NCBI GenBank assembly: GCA_944388575.1
Contig: CALXJF010000006.1
Coordinates: forward strand, 781 to 64,780
DNA from: an uncultured Clostridia bacterium
GTDB lineage: Bacteria; Bacillota; Clostridia; TANB77; CAG-465
Reading direction: 5' to 3'
DNA length: 64,000 nucleotides
Below, in pieces: positions 10,266 to 20,470 of the stretch. Below the pieces are notes generated by a model, which had not been told where the DNA came from, did no database searches, and saw only the letters and a program-made list of their open reading frames with translations. A program made the position numbers and the translations under genes. Position 1 is the stretch's first letter; each line of letters begins with the position of its first letter.

Positions 10266-11498
10266 GGGGCTGTAAAAAAAGTCCTAACGAAAACTGAGTG
10301 AAAATTTTTCACTCAGTTTTTGTACAAAAAAAGAGTTGAAAGCGTGAACATTTCAACTCTTTATGATATAATTTAACTATGAAAACAAATAATTATATCC
10401 AAACAAATTATACACCAAAACAATTAAAATTGCCAATAGAAATTGAAAAAATTATAGATTTTTCTGATCCAGTATATTCTTTTTGTGAAATAGTAGACTT
10501 AATTGATCTATCTCAGTTTTTTGTAGTGAAAGGATACAAAACATATAGACCAAGATATAGTTATACTAAGCTTTTAAAAATTGTACTTTTTTCTTTTATG
10601 GAAAATGGATATTTATCATTAAGGAAAATAGAAAAATCATGTAAAACAGATATAAGATATATGTGGCTTTTAGATGATATGAAAGCTCCTTCATTCGCAA
10701 CAATTGGAGATTTCATAAGGGAGAATTTAACAAATACAATTGAAAGTATTTTTGTTGAAATTAACAAAGTAATATTTCAAAAGGAACATGTCGATTTAGA
10801 TCATACATATATAGATGGTACAAAAATTGAAGCCAATGCAAATAAATATAGTTGGGTATGGAAAAAATCTTGTATAAAAAATAGAGATAAAACATTTGAA
10901 AAAGTATCTAAAATAATAGATAAAATAAATGTTGAAGATTTAGAATTAATGAATGTTAAGATTGAAAAACGTAGTGAATATACAATAGAATATTTAGAGC
11001 ACATGTTGGAAAATTATAGAAAAACATGTTGTATTGAAGTAGAAAAGTTTGTACATGGCAAAGGTGTAAGAAAAACAAGCTATCAAAGGAAATATGAAAA
11101 ATTAAGTGAATATATAGAAAAATTGAAAAAGTATGCTAAACATATAGAAATTTGTGGTGAAAAAAGAAATAGTTATTCAAAAACAGATAATAGTGCTACT
11201 TTCATGAGAATTAAGAGAGATTACATGGGAAATGACCAATTGTTACCTGCATATAATATGCAAGTTGCCGTATGTGATGAATATATTGCAACAGTAGATG
11301 TAAAACAATATGCATCAGATATGGACTGCTTTGTACCACTTGTGGAAAAGTTTAACAAACAATATGGAAAATATCCTAAATATCCAGTAGCAGATGCAGG
11401 GTATGGTTCATTTAATAATTACATATATTGTGAACAGCATAATATGCAAAAGTTTATGAAATTTACAATGTTTGAAAAGGAAACAAAGGACGAAAAAT
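10266..11498 (+). mobile_element. IS1182-family insertion sequence, 3'-truncated
   Basis: Putative left end GGGGCTGTAAAAAAAGT, two hairpins (10290-10320 and about 10330-10362), then the transposase; no right end seen. Confidence 0.75.
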
Positions 11499-11500
11499 GA
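10379..11500 (+). pseudogene. IS1182-family transposase, C-terminally truncated
   Basis: DPVYSF..IV, RKIEK.C..DIRYMWL, YIDGTKIEANANKYSWVW, YSKTD..ATFMR, PAYN.Q, ADAGYGS..NY; frame stops abruptly where intron sequence begins. Confidence 0.88.
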
Positions 11501-11871
11501 GGTAACCCCCGTAGGTATGAAAATGCTATTGGTGACAATAGAATGAAATATCAGAAGTCAGCAGAGGTCATAGTAGTAATAGAAATATTATGAAGGACTG
11601 AAAGTTAATGTGATTTTGCAACCGGTAGATTAAATAATCTATGATGAAAGCAGATAATCTGTGGAGAACAGAAAATTCTGGAGGATAGAGCGGAACTCGA
11701 AAGTTACAGAAGAGGCAGAGTAGATTGTATAAGTCTAGCAAACAGCGAAAGAAAACACTAGTAATAAATACTAGTGCATTAGCTAACCGCCCGGTACCGA
11801 ACGGTACGCCGGAATTGTGGTGTGAGAGGTCGGAACTTTGAGAATAAAAAGCAAAGTTCCTCCTACTCGAT
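11499..11871 (+). ncRNA. Group II (class IIC-like) intron remnant, domains II-VI, no RT ORF, domain I missing
   Basis: CAGAAGTCAGCAGAGGTCATAGTA and GAAGGACTGAA (D3); D4 basal stem AGTTAATG/CATTAGCT; D5 AACCGCCCGGTACCGAACGGTACGCCGG..GTGGT; D6 GGAACTTTG/CAAAGTTCC ending CCTACTCGAT. Confidence 0.88.
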
Positions 11872-11909
11872 TGCTTTTTTATAATATAAAAATGTTTTAT
11901 AATTTTTAT

Positions 11910-13832
11910 GTTACTAGATAATGGTTTTTGATAAAAAATAAAGAGCTTTCCTTGAAATGGAGGCTCTTTTAATGATTAAATACAAATATTCTTTTTTTAC
12001 CTTTAAATATATCTATTAGTTTTTCTTTTATATTTAACTGCTGTTTTTTACATGTATCTATTATTGTTATTGCATGGCAATAATACTTAGCAAAATTTAA
12101 ATTTCGAAATCCTCCTGCTATCTTTAATTTGGTCTTTATTTTCCTTAATCCTCTTTCTGCTAAATTATTTGTAAAATCTATTCTAAAATCTGTTGTGAGC
12201 CTTAAATGGTCATCTGCAAATTCTTTTAATCTTGTTACTAGACGTCTTTCACTTTCATAGTATTTTGGTTTTTGCTTTGACGTTTTTATGTGCTCCTCAT
12301 ACCATTTTTTCTAATATACTTAAATATTTTTCTTTCGCTTTTTCATATTCCTCCTTTTCAAATCTTTCTTTGCCTTGTAATCTATACTTTTCAACTGTAT
12401 CTCGTAATTCTAATAGATAATTCATAAATTCTTTTATCACTTCTCTTTTATGAACTTCATATTCGGCCTTACAGTATCTTAAAATATGAAAATTACATTC
12501 TGCTTGTTGCGATTGTATAAAGGAACGATGTATATTGTTGTGGTCATGACATACTGTTCCTATATATTTATTTAATATTCCCATTTCTTCAAAACTTTCA
12601 AGCGTTCTGTTTTCAAAAGCATCTAAAAAACTAATCAAGTTTGTAAATACTCCTATTGTGCTCATTATTTTTCCATTTACACTTATTGGGGTTTCATCTT
12701 CATTTATTGTTGGTTCTTTCAATATTTGTTTTTTCAAATCTTCTCTTATGCTTGTACTTTTCTTGCTAAAACTTTTTACAGTATTGCCTACAGTTCCTGC
12801 ACACATTTTTATTTTTTCATCACTTAAAAAGCCTAAAAGTTCTATCACTTTTTGGTTTGGTAAATTACAATATGTATTTAAATATACTAGTAGTGCTTTC
12901 ATTTCTTCATAATAGTTAACAATGCTATTCACATTTGTTGGAAATTTTGGTAAATATTCTTTATTACAACATGGGCATACTGTTTTTACTCCAACATATT
13001 GTGTTGTATGTGTTATTACTTTAATAGATATTAAATCTCGTGCAATGTTTTCTTGGTCTACTGTTTTACATCCGCAAGTACATGTAGCAACTTTTGAAAC
13101 TTTAATAATCTCATCTGGATTTTTTGTTACTGTTGGAGCAGATCTTTTATGACCTTTTTCTCTTCCTGGTTTCTTACCTGATTTTACACGATTATTTTGA
13201 ATAACTTTTTTAAATCCATTTGTAGATGAAGGTTTTAGGCTATTACTACTGTTTTTTTCTAGCTTGATTTTCGCAATCCCTAATAGCTCTTCGTACTTGC
13301 TTAACTTTTTTTTAATTCTTGATTTTCTAATTTTAAAGATTCATATTGTCCACGGTAATTATATTTATCCAAGTCATGAATCACTTCATCTTTTTGTTTA
13401 TTTTGTTGTTTTAATATTTTTACTTCTTTAGACTTTAATTCGTTTTCTTGTTGTAACTTTTTCAATTTATCTTCATAATTTTTCTTTATTAACGCAAAAT
13501 CTTTTTCAGAATATATCATGTAAAATTACCTCTTTTCCTGATGTAATTATTATACTACAAAACTTCAAAAAATGCACATTTCAATAGCATTACAGAAAAA
13601 TTACATTATGAGATTGATAATGCAGCTATTTTTTTGAAAAATTCATTTTAAAAGATAGTAAAATGAGAAAACACACCATACAATCCAATATTATGGATAT
13701 TAAGTGTGCTATATTATATAGATTTTAAATTTTAAAAATTCAATAAAAATTTTAATATTAATTTTTCGTTACAAAACTATTACAATGATTGAGTTTGATA
13801 GAGTTTTAAGTAAAAAACCATTATCTAGTAAC
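11910..13832 (-). mobile_element. IS66-family element (single-ORF, ISBst12-like group)
   Basis: Perfect 20-bp terminal IRs GTTACTAGATAATGGTTTTT / AAAAACCATTATCTAGTAAC; 8-bp direct repeat ATTTTTAT at 11902-11909 and 13833-13840. Confidence 0.92.
11969..13519 (-). pseudogene. IS66 transposase in three frames (frameshifts near 13310 and 12305)
   Basis: Joined frames give coiled coil, NSSNSLKPSS..KKPGREKGH, CTCGC/CPCC zinc finger, DETP, CHD, QAECNFHILR, FTNNLAERGLRKIKTKLKIAGGFR. Confidence 0.88.
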
Positions 13833-13860
13833 ATTTTTATAATATAGTTAGATTTTTATA

Positions 13861-13889
13861 TTGCTATTACTTTTATGTTATGATATAAT
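13861..13889 (+). promoter_or_regulatory. sigmaA promoter of the aminosugar/GT-C operon
   Basis: TTGCTA-17 nt-TATAAT with TG extension. Confidence 0.7.
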
Positions 13890-13915
13890 GTGGAAGGATT
13901 TAGGAGTGAAATAAT

Positions 13916-15010
13916 ATGAATATTCCATGTAATAAATTAAGTTCACAATTTTTTAAGTATCAAGAAGAATATGAAAATAAAGTAATAGAGGTTTTGAGAA
14001 GTGGTTGGTATATTTTAGGTAATGAAGTTAAATCTTTTGAAGAGGAATTTGCTAGTTTTAATGGTAATAAATATTGTGTAGGTTTAGCTAGTGGTTTAGA
14101 TTCCTTAGTATTAGCTTTTGATAGCTTGGGGATAAAAGAAGGCGATGAAGTAATTTGTCAGGCAAATGCTTATATAGCTTCTGTAATGGGAATAACTAGA
14201 AATGGTGCTACACCTATTTTTGTTGAACCTGATGAATACTATAATATAGATATTTCTAAAATTGAAGAAAAAATTACTATAAAAACAAAAGCAATATTAG
14301 TAGTTCATCTGTATGGTCAATCGGCTAATATGGAAAAAATATGTGATATTGCTAAAAAATATAATTTATATGTTGTGGAGGATTGTGCTCAATCTCATGG
14401 GGCTATGTATAATGGAAAAAGAGTTGGAAGTTTTGGAACGATAGGATGCTTTAGTTTTTATCCTAGCAAAAACTTGGGAGCATTTGGAGATGCTGGAGCT
14501 ATAACAACAGACAATGAAGAATTGAGTATAAAAATAAAAAAGCTAAGAAATTATGGTAGTGGAAAACGTTACTATAATGAATATATAGGTTATAATTCAA
14601 GACTTGATGAAATTCAAGCAGGTCTGTTGAGGGTAAAATTAAAACATTTAGAAGAATTAACAAAAGAACGTGAAAAAATATGTAATCGATATTTAAAAGA
14701 GATAAAAAATTCAAATATAGTTTTACCTAAGATACTTGATAACTCTAATACTGTTTGGCATCAATTTGTTGTGAGATCTGATAAGAGATCTGAATTGATT
14801 GATTTTTTGAGTAATAAAGGTATAGGTAGTATAATACACTATCCTATACCACCTTACTTACAAGAAGCATATAGATATTTAGGATATAAAAAAGGGGATT
14901 TTAGTATAACTGAAAAATATTCTGATACAGTGTTATCTATACCATTATATAATGGTATGACTGAAGAAGAACAAGATACCGTTATTAATGCGTTAAATGA
15001 ATTTAATTAG
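13916..15010 (+). CDS. DegT/DnrJ/EryC1/StrS PLP sugar aminotransferase (FdtB/QdtB-like)
   Basis: [33 protein letters not shown] (PLP lysine), NSRLDEIQA; next to an FdtA-like cupin. Confidence 0.9.
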   Translation: MNIPCNKLSSQFFKYQEEYENKVIEVLRSGWYILGNEVKSFEEEFASFNGNKYCVGLASGLDSLVLAFDSLGIKEGDEVICQANAYIASVMGITRNGATPIFVEPDEYYNIDISKIEEKITIKTKAILVVHLYGQSANMEKICDIAKKYNLYVVEDCAQSHGAMYNGKRVGSFGTIGCFSFYPSKNLGAFGDAGAITTDNEELSIKIKKLRNYGSGKRYYNEYIGYNSRLDEIQAGLLRVKLKHLEELTKEREKICNRYLKEIKNSNIVLPKILDNSNTVWHQFVVRSDKRSELIDFLSNKGIGSIIHYPIPPYLQEAYRYLGYKKGDFSITEKYSDTVLSIPLYNGMTEEEQDTVINALNEFN

Positions 15011-15025
15011 GGGGAAAGATGTATA

Positions 15026-15946
15026 TTGAGATTAAGAAATTTAGAGATTAAAGATGCTGAAAAAATGCTTTCTTGGATGAAAGATCCAAAAGTGAATTGT
15101 TTTTTTAGATTTGATTCTAGTAATATACATATAGAGGACTGTATAAATTATATTAAAAAATCAAAAAATGATAATAGTAATTTACATTTAGCTATTGTTA
15201 ATGATGATGATGAATATATGGGAACTATTAGCTTAAAAAATATTGACAGTGTAGAAAAAAGTGCTGAGTATGCTATAGTTATTTCTCGAGAAAATCAAGG
15301 TAAAGGTATAGCTAAATATGCAACAATTAGAATTTTAGATATCGCTTTTAATAGATATAAACTTAATACTGTATACTTAAATGTTTTAGAAAATAATATT
15401 CATGCTAAGTCTTTTTATGAAAAATTTGGATTTTTATATGAAGGCAAAGAATATAATGATTTTAAAAGAACAACTGTTAATATTCAAGGTAAAGAAGTTT
15501 TGTTAGACTGGTATTCAATAAGCAAAGAGGTATATGACAATAATTATTTGTATTGGCAAATAGACTTTAATGAATTAGGAGATGAAAGAGGAAAACTTGT
15601 AGTCGCTGAATCTTTTGGGAAGATACCTTTTAATATGAAAAGGATTTTTTATATATATGGTTCTGATTATGATGTTATTAGAGGTCAGCATGCTAATAAA
15701 AATTCAGAGTTTGTACTTATAAATGTTGCTGGTTCTTGTGAAGTTAAAGTAGATACAGGAAAAAAAGAACAAATTTTTTACTTAAATAAACCTAATAAAG
15801 GACTATATATTAATAAAATGGTATGGAAGGATATGTATAATTTTTCAAAAGATTCTGTATTATTAGTGTTATCAAACACTGTATATGATGCAAAAGAATA
15901 TATAAGAGATTATGATACTTTTAAAAATATAATTAAGGAGAATTAA
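15026..15946 (+). CDS. Fusion: N-terminal GNAT acetyltransferase + C-terminal FdtA/QdtA-like 3,4-ketoisomerase cupin
   Basis: GNAT: GTISLKNID...AEYAI...NQGKGIA...A..FYEKFGF; cupin: DERGKL, IPFNMKRIFYIY, RGQHAN, LYINKMVWKDM, LLVLS..YDAKEYIRDY. Confidence 0.85.
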   Translation: MRLRNLEIKDAEKMLSWMKDPKVNCFFRFDSSNIHIEDCINYIKKSKNDNSNLHLAIVNDDDEYMGTISLKNIDSVEKSAEYAIVISRENQGKGIAKYATIRILDIAFNRYKLNTVYLNVLENNIHAKSFYEKFGFLYEGKEYNDFKRTTVNIQGKEVLLDWYSISKEVYDNNYLYWQIDFNELGDERGKLVVAESFGKIPFNMKRIFYIYGSDYDVIRGQHANKNSEFVLINVAGSCEVKVDTGKKEQIFYLNKPNKGLYINKMVWKDMYNFSKDSVLLVLSNTVYDAKEYIRDYDTFKNIIKEN

Positions 15947-15947
15947 A

Positions 15948-16877
15948 ATGAAATTATCTATTATTGTACCTGTATATTATAATGAATTAAATTTAGATGA
16001 CTTATACGAAAAACTAAGTGATGTTGTTTTTCCTAAATTAGACGATTATGAGCTGATTTTTGTAGATGATGGTTCTAAAGATAAATCATATGAAAAAATG
16101 GAGAGTTTAAAACAAAAATATCCAAAAATAAAATTAGTAAAATTAGTTAAAAATTATGGCTCTTTCGTTGCAATTTTAGCTGGTCTTTCAAATTGTGATG
16201 GCGATTGTGCATGTGCTATATCAGCTGATTTGCAAGATCCTCCTGAAATAATATTACAAATGCTTGAAAAATTAAAAGGGGATGTAACTACTGTTTTAGC
16301 TGTAAGAAAAGATAGAGAAGAATCGTTATTTCAAAAAGCATTTTCGAATACATATTATAAGTTAATGAGAAAATTTGCTTTGTCTAATATGCCTAAAGGT
16401 GGATTTGATTGTTTTATGATTAATAGAGATATTATTGATCATATTATAGAAATGAATGAGAAGAATACTTCATTAACTGGTCAAGTATTATGGTGTAGTG
16501 AAAAGATAGAAAAAATATATTATGTAAGAAAAAAAAGAGAAAAAGGAAAATCTAGATGGACATTAGCTAAAAAAGTTAAATATTTTATTGATTCTTTTGT
16601 AGCGTTTTCATATTTTCCAATTAGATTTATGACTTTCTCTGGTATTTTATTTTTTTTATTATCTATAATATCTGCTATAGTATTTGTTATTTTAAAATTA
16701 AATAATCAAATAGATGTGCCAGGGTGGACTACTTTAGTTATTCTAATTTTATTTACTTCAGGTTTGCAGATGTGTATGACGGGAGTTTTAGGAGAGTATT
16801 TATGGCGTGCGTATGATGAAGTTAGAAAGAGACCTGTATATTTGATAGAAAGAATTGAAGAATATGAAAAAAAATAA
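15948..16877 (+). CDS. GtrB/ArnC-like polyprenol-phosphate glycosyltransferase (GT2 with two C-terminal TMs)
   Basis: LSIIVPVY, FVDDGSKD, ADLQDPPE, REKGKSRW, TM pair followed by GVLGEYL.RAYDEV.KRP.Y. Confidence 0.9.
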   Translation: MKLSIIVPVYYNELNLDDLYEKLSDVVFPKLDDYELIFVDDGSKDKSYEKMESLKQKYPKIKLVKLVKNYGSFVAILAGLSNCDGDCACAISADLQDPPEIILQMLEKLKGDVTTVLAVRKDREESLFQKAFSNTYYKLMRKFALSNMPKGGFDCFMINRDIIDHIIEMNEKNTSLTGQVLWCSEKIEKIYYVRKKREKGKSRWTLAKKVKYFIDSFVAFSYFPIRFMTFSGILFFLLSIISAIVFVILKLNNQIDVPGWTTLVILILFTSGLQMCMTGVLGEYLWRAYDEVRKRPVYLIERIEEYEKK

Positions 16878-18402
16878 ATTAAAAGAAGACTTAAAAAATT
16901 TTTTATATGACAATAAAATATTAATAGGAATAGCTATTTTTTTTCTATTAATTACTTTTGGAGCATTTACGTTTTTTTATACTTTTGGAGTTGATTCTGA
17001 ATATGCTATATTTGTAGAAAAATCTGCTACTTATAGATGGATAGCTCAAGGAAGGTTTGGTATTGGAATATTAAAAAAAATTCTTAATACAAACCAAATA
17101 TTTCCTTTTCGTAATACTATTTTGTCTATAATATGTATTTTTTTTAATTGTGTAATTTTATGCAAAGTATTTAAAGATTTAATTAAGGATAGGAATACTA
17201 AGCTTGCGAACATAATTTTTGTTATATTGTATATTACATTGCCAATCAGTGCACATTATATGTATTTTACTACATATAATTTTGAGGTGACTTTTGCAAT
17301 GTTATTAGCTAGTATAAGTATATATTTATTTAATAATCTGGTTTTATTAAATAAATGTTTATTTAGTAGAAAAGTAGATATGCTTTTGGCTATATTTTTG
17401 CTTACTGGTGTTATATCTTTTTATCAAGCTATGATATCCGTATATATATCTTTAGTTATTATAAGCTTAATTTTATATTTACGCAATAATGAATGTACGT
17501 TTAATAAATTATTAAAACATATTCTTAAATATATAGTTTACTTAGGTGTTTCATTAATTTTATATTATTTGGCTGATAAAATCTTATCTTTATTGGTTAT
17601 TAAGGAAAGTTATACATCAGGCTTTTTTGGATGGAAAAATGAAGAACTTAAAGTTGTAATAAGAAAAATAGTTGAATATTTTAAGGAAATTTATTTAACA
17701 AATGGAGTCTATGGATGCTTTATAATAAAAACTACATTAATTTTATCAATTATTTTGTGTATTTATATTATATTGAAAAAGCCAAAAAACAAATTTGTTA
17801 CTGTATTGCTCATTATTTCTTTAAATTTTGTACCTATGCTTTTAACAATATGTTTAGGAACATGTATGCCCTATAGGACTCAACAAGTTTTTTTGATAAT
17901 TATTCCTAGTGTTTGGTATTTGACTGTTATGGAGTTAAAAAATATAAAAATAAAATATATTGTTGGATTAATAGTAGTTTTAATTGGTTTTAGACAAAGT
18001 ATGTATATAAATAAATTGTTTTATAGTAATTATTTAAGATATCAATATGATATTAATGTATCGAATCAAATAGCGGATAGAATATTAGAATTAGAAATAC
18101 CAAATAAAAATGATTATCCTATAGTGTATCTTGGAAAAATTGAATCTCCGGATATTCCTAATCTTATAAAACAAGAAGTTATAGGTTATTCAATATATGA
18201 ATGGGATAATGGGAATTATGTAAGAATTCAGGCTTTAATGACAATGTCTGGAGAAAAAAATAAATTAGTCTATTATTTAGAAAAAGATGAGAAAACTTTA
18301 AATAAAGCGAAAGAATTGGCTATTGATATGCCTGTTTGGCCCAATGTTGGGAGTGTAGCTTTAAAAGATGATATGATAATTGTGAAATTATCTAACGATT
18401 AA
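16864..18402 (+). CDS. GtrII-like (GT-C fold) multi-TM glycosyltransferase, paralog 1
   Basis: FGVDSEY...WIAQGRFG, FYQA..SVYI, MPYRT, YPIVYLG motifs; about 10 or more TM segments. Confidence 0.75.
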   Translation: MKKNKLKEDLKNFLYDNKILIGIAIFFLLITFGAFTFFYTFGVDSEYAIFVEKSATYRWIAQGRFGIGILKKILNTNQIFPFRNTILSIICIFFNCVILCKVFKDLIKDRNTKLANIIFVILYITLPISAHYMYFTTYNFEVTFAMLLASISIYLFNNLVLLNKCLFSRKVDMLLAIFLLTGVISFYQAMISVYISLVIISLILYLRNNECTFNKLLKHILKYIVYLGVSLILYYLADKILSLLVIKESYTSGFFGWKNEELKVVIRKIVEYFKEIYLTNGVYGCFIIKTTLILSIILCIYIILKKPKNKFVTVLLIISLNFVPMLLTICLGTCMPYRTQQVFLIIIPSVWYLTVMELKNIKIKYIVGLIVVLIGFRQSMYINKLFYSNYLRYQYDINVSNQIADRILELEIPNKNDYPIVYLGKIESPDIPNLIKQEVIGYSIYEWDNGNYVRIQALMTMSGEKNKLVYYLEKDEKTLNKAKELAIDMPVWPNVGSVALKDDMIIVKLSND

Positions 18403-18414
18403 AAAGGAGAAAAT

Positions 18415-19917
18415 ATGATAGAACAAGAATATAAAGAATTAAAGGATTTTATTTTAAATAATAAGAAAACTATAATAATTGGACTTGTTTTTCTATTAAT
18501 TACTTTTGGATATGCTACAACATTATTTACATTAGGTGTTAGCACAGAAACTTCTGTTTTTAATGAAGCGTCTGGTAGTTATAGATGGGTGGCTCAAAGT
18601 AGATTCTCAGTTGGCATATTAAAGAAAATTTTTTCAACTAATCAAATTTTGCCTTTTAGAACAACTTTTTTAGCTGTAATAATGATATTTATAGTGGCAA
18701 TGTATGCTTGTAAAACATTTGATTTGTTAGCTAAGGGAAAAAATAAAGTATTATCAAATATTATATTAATAGTTTTATTTATAACTATGCCTATTTCTGT
18801 ACATTATATGTATTATTTAACGTATAGTTTTGAAATTGGCATGGGAATGTTGATATGTATTATGGCCTCAGATTGTTTTAATAAAGGAATTATAATAAAA
18901 AAGAGTAAAGTATATTCTTTTATAGGATTGCTATTATTAAGTGTAGGAATTGGAGTATATCAATCGTTTGTTCCATTCTTTATTTTGGTACAATCAACAT
19001 GTTTGTTTTTATATTTTTATAATAATAATATTAAATTTAAAGAAAAAATGAGTATAATTGTGAAATGTATTGTATTTTTATTAGTAGCAATGGTGTTATT
19101 TTATTTAATAAGTAAAATATTTTTGATTTTTGTTACTGAAGAAAAATATACGGACGGATTCTTTTCTTGGGGAAAAAAGGAAGTAAAAGAAATTTTAATA
19201 GAACTAAAAGAATATTTTAAAAATATATACATTAATACAACTATATATGGCTGTAAAATTATTACGCCTACCGTTCTTATTGGAGTTTTGCTTGCTATTT
19301 ATTGTGCATTATTTAAGAAAAAATGGTTCGAAGGCTTGATAATTATGTTTATAATGTTTACTCCAATGTTATTACCTATATCTGTTGGTACAGCTATGCC
19401 ATATAGAACACAACAAACTATTATGCTTATGATACCCATTATATGGTATTTATTAAGTAATATTGTAGGGCTTAAAAAAATTAACAATATAATTTGCATT
19501 ATTGTTTGTATTATTGGTATAAGGCAAACCATGTATGTAAATAAATTATTTTATAGTGACTATTTAAGATATCAAAATGACTTGAATTTATCTAGAAAAA
19601 TATCTAATAGAATTTATGATCTTAATCTGGATGATATACAAAATTATCCTGTTGTTTATTTAGGAAAGAAGGAGACAGAAGATATACCTAACTTGATTAG
19701 GCAAGAATTAATAGGCTATTCTATATATGAATGGGATAATGGGAATTATAAAAGAATGCAACACTTTATGACTCTCACTACTAGTAATTTTAAGTTGGCA
19801 ACTAGTGAGGATTATGAAAAAGCAAAAGAATTGGGAAAAAATATGGAAAATTGGCCATCTAAAAATAGTGTTGCTTTAAAAGATAATTTAATTATTGTAA
19901 AATTATCAGATTACTAA
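18415..19917 (+). CDS. GtrII-like (GT-C fold) multi-TM glycosyltransferase, paralog 2
   Basis: Colinear with paralog 1 (WVAQSRF, YQSF, MPYRTQQ, DIPNLIRQELIGYSIYEWDNGNY). Confidence 0.75.
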   Translation: MIEQEYKELKDFILNNKKTIIIGLVFLLITFGYATTLFTLGVSTETSVFNEASGSYRWVAQSRFSVGILKKIFSTNQILPFRTTFLAVIMIFIVAMYACKTFDLLAKGKNKVLSNIILIVLFITMPISVHYMYYLTYSFEIGMGMLICIMASDCFNKGIIIKKSKVYSFIGLLLLSVGIGVYQSFVPFFILVQSTCLFLYFYNNNIKFKEKMSIIVKCIVFLLVAMVLFYLISKIFLIFVTEEKYTDGFFSWGKKEVKEILIELKEYFKNIYINTTIYGCKIITPTVLIGVLLAIYCALFKKKWFEGLIIMFIMFTPMLLPISVGTAMPYRTQQTIMLMIPIIWYLLSNIVGLKKINNIICIIVCIIGIRQTMYVNKLFYSDYLRYQNDLNLSRKISNRIYDLNLDDIQNYPVVYLGKKETEDIPNLIRQELIGYSIYEWDNGNYKRMQHFMTLTTSNFKLATSEDYEKAKELGKNMENWPSKNSVALKDNLIIVKLSDY

Positions 19918-19930
19918 TTGTAAAAAAAAC

Positions 19931-20430
19931 GTTACTATTCAGATATGTATAAACAATTAGAAAAAGTTATGAAAAAAATGTGATAGTTTATCACAATAAA
20001 TAAAAGAGACAAAAAAGAGCATAAGAAAGAAGTTTAATAATTAAAAAAAGAATTTTCAAAAGAAAAGAATAAACTAAAAGAATTAAAACAGAAATCTAAC
20101 CGACTAATAAAAAAAATCTATAAGATATTAATAAATAGACTAATAAAGTATAAAGAAAATTACTTCAAATTCATATGTGACTTTGAAATGACATTTGATA
20201 ATAATATTGTAGAAAGAGATTTAAGACACGTAAAATCAAAATAAAAAGATATCAGGTGGTTTTAGAAGCCAAAGAAGGACAAGAAAAGTATCTTGATATA
20301 AAAAGTATAATTCTTAGTTTAAAGAAACAAGGTAAAGCTTTTTATTCCACTATAAAAAATATATTTATGAATACCCTAGTTGAAATATAATCAACTAGGG
20401 CTTATGTGGTTGCCTGCTCTAAATAGTATC
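19931..20430 (+). mobile_element. Internally deleted IS66 derivative (~500 bp)
   Basis: Left end GTTACTATTCAG, degenerate right end CTAAATAGTATC, near-TSD A7C/A6C; internal frames encode RLIKYKENY..FDNNIVERDLRHVKSK and GGFRS..KSII.SLKKQG. Confidence 0.75.
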
Positions 20431-20470
20431 AAAAAACATATAATTTACTTTTGATTTATATGTTTTTTTG

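Noticed and set aside
11499-11871. Diversity-generating retroelement or retron interpretation
   Set aside because: No reverse transcriptase ORF or TR/VR pair in the window; motifs match group II intron domains
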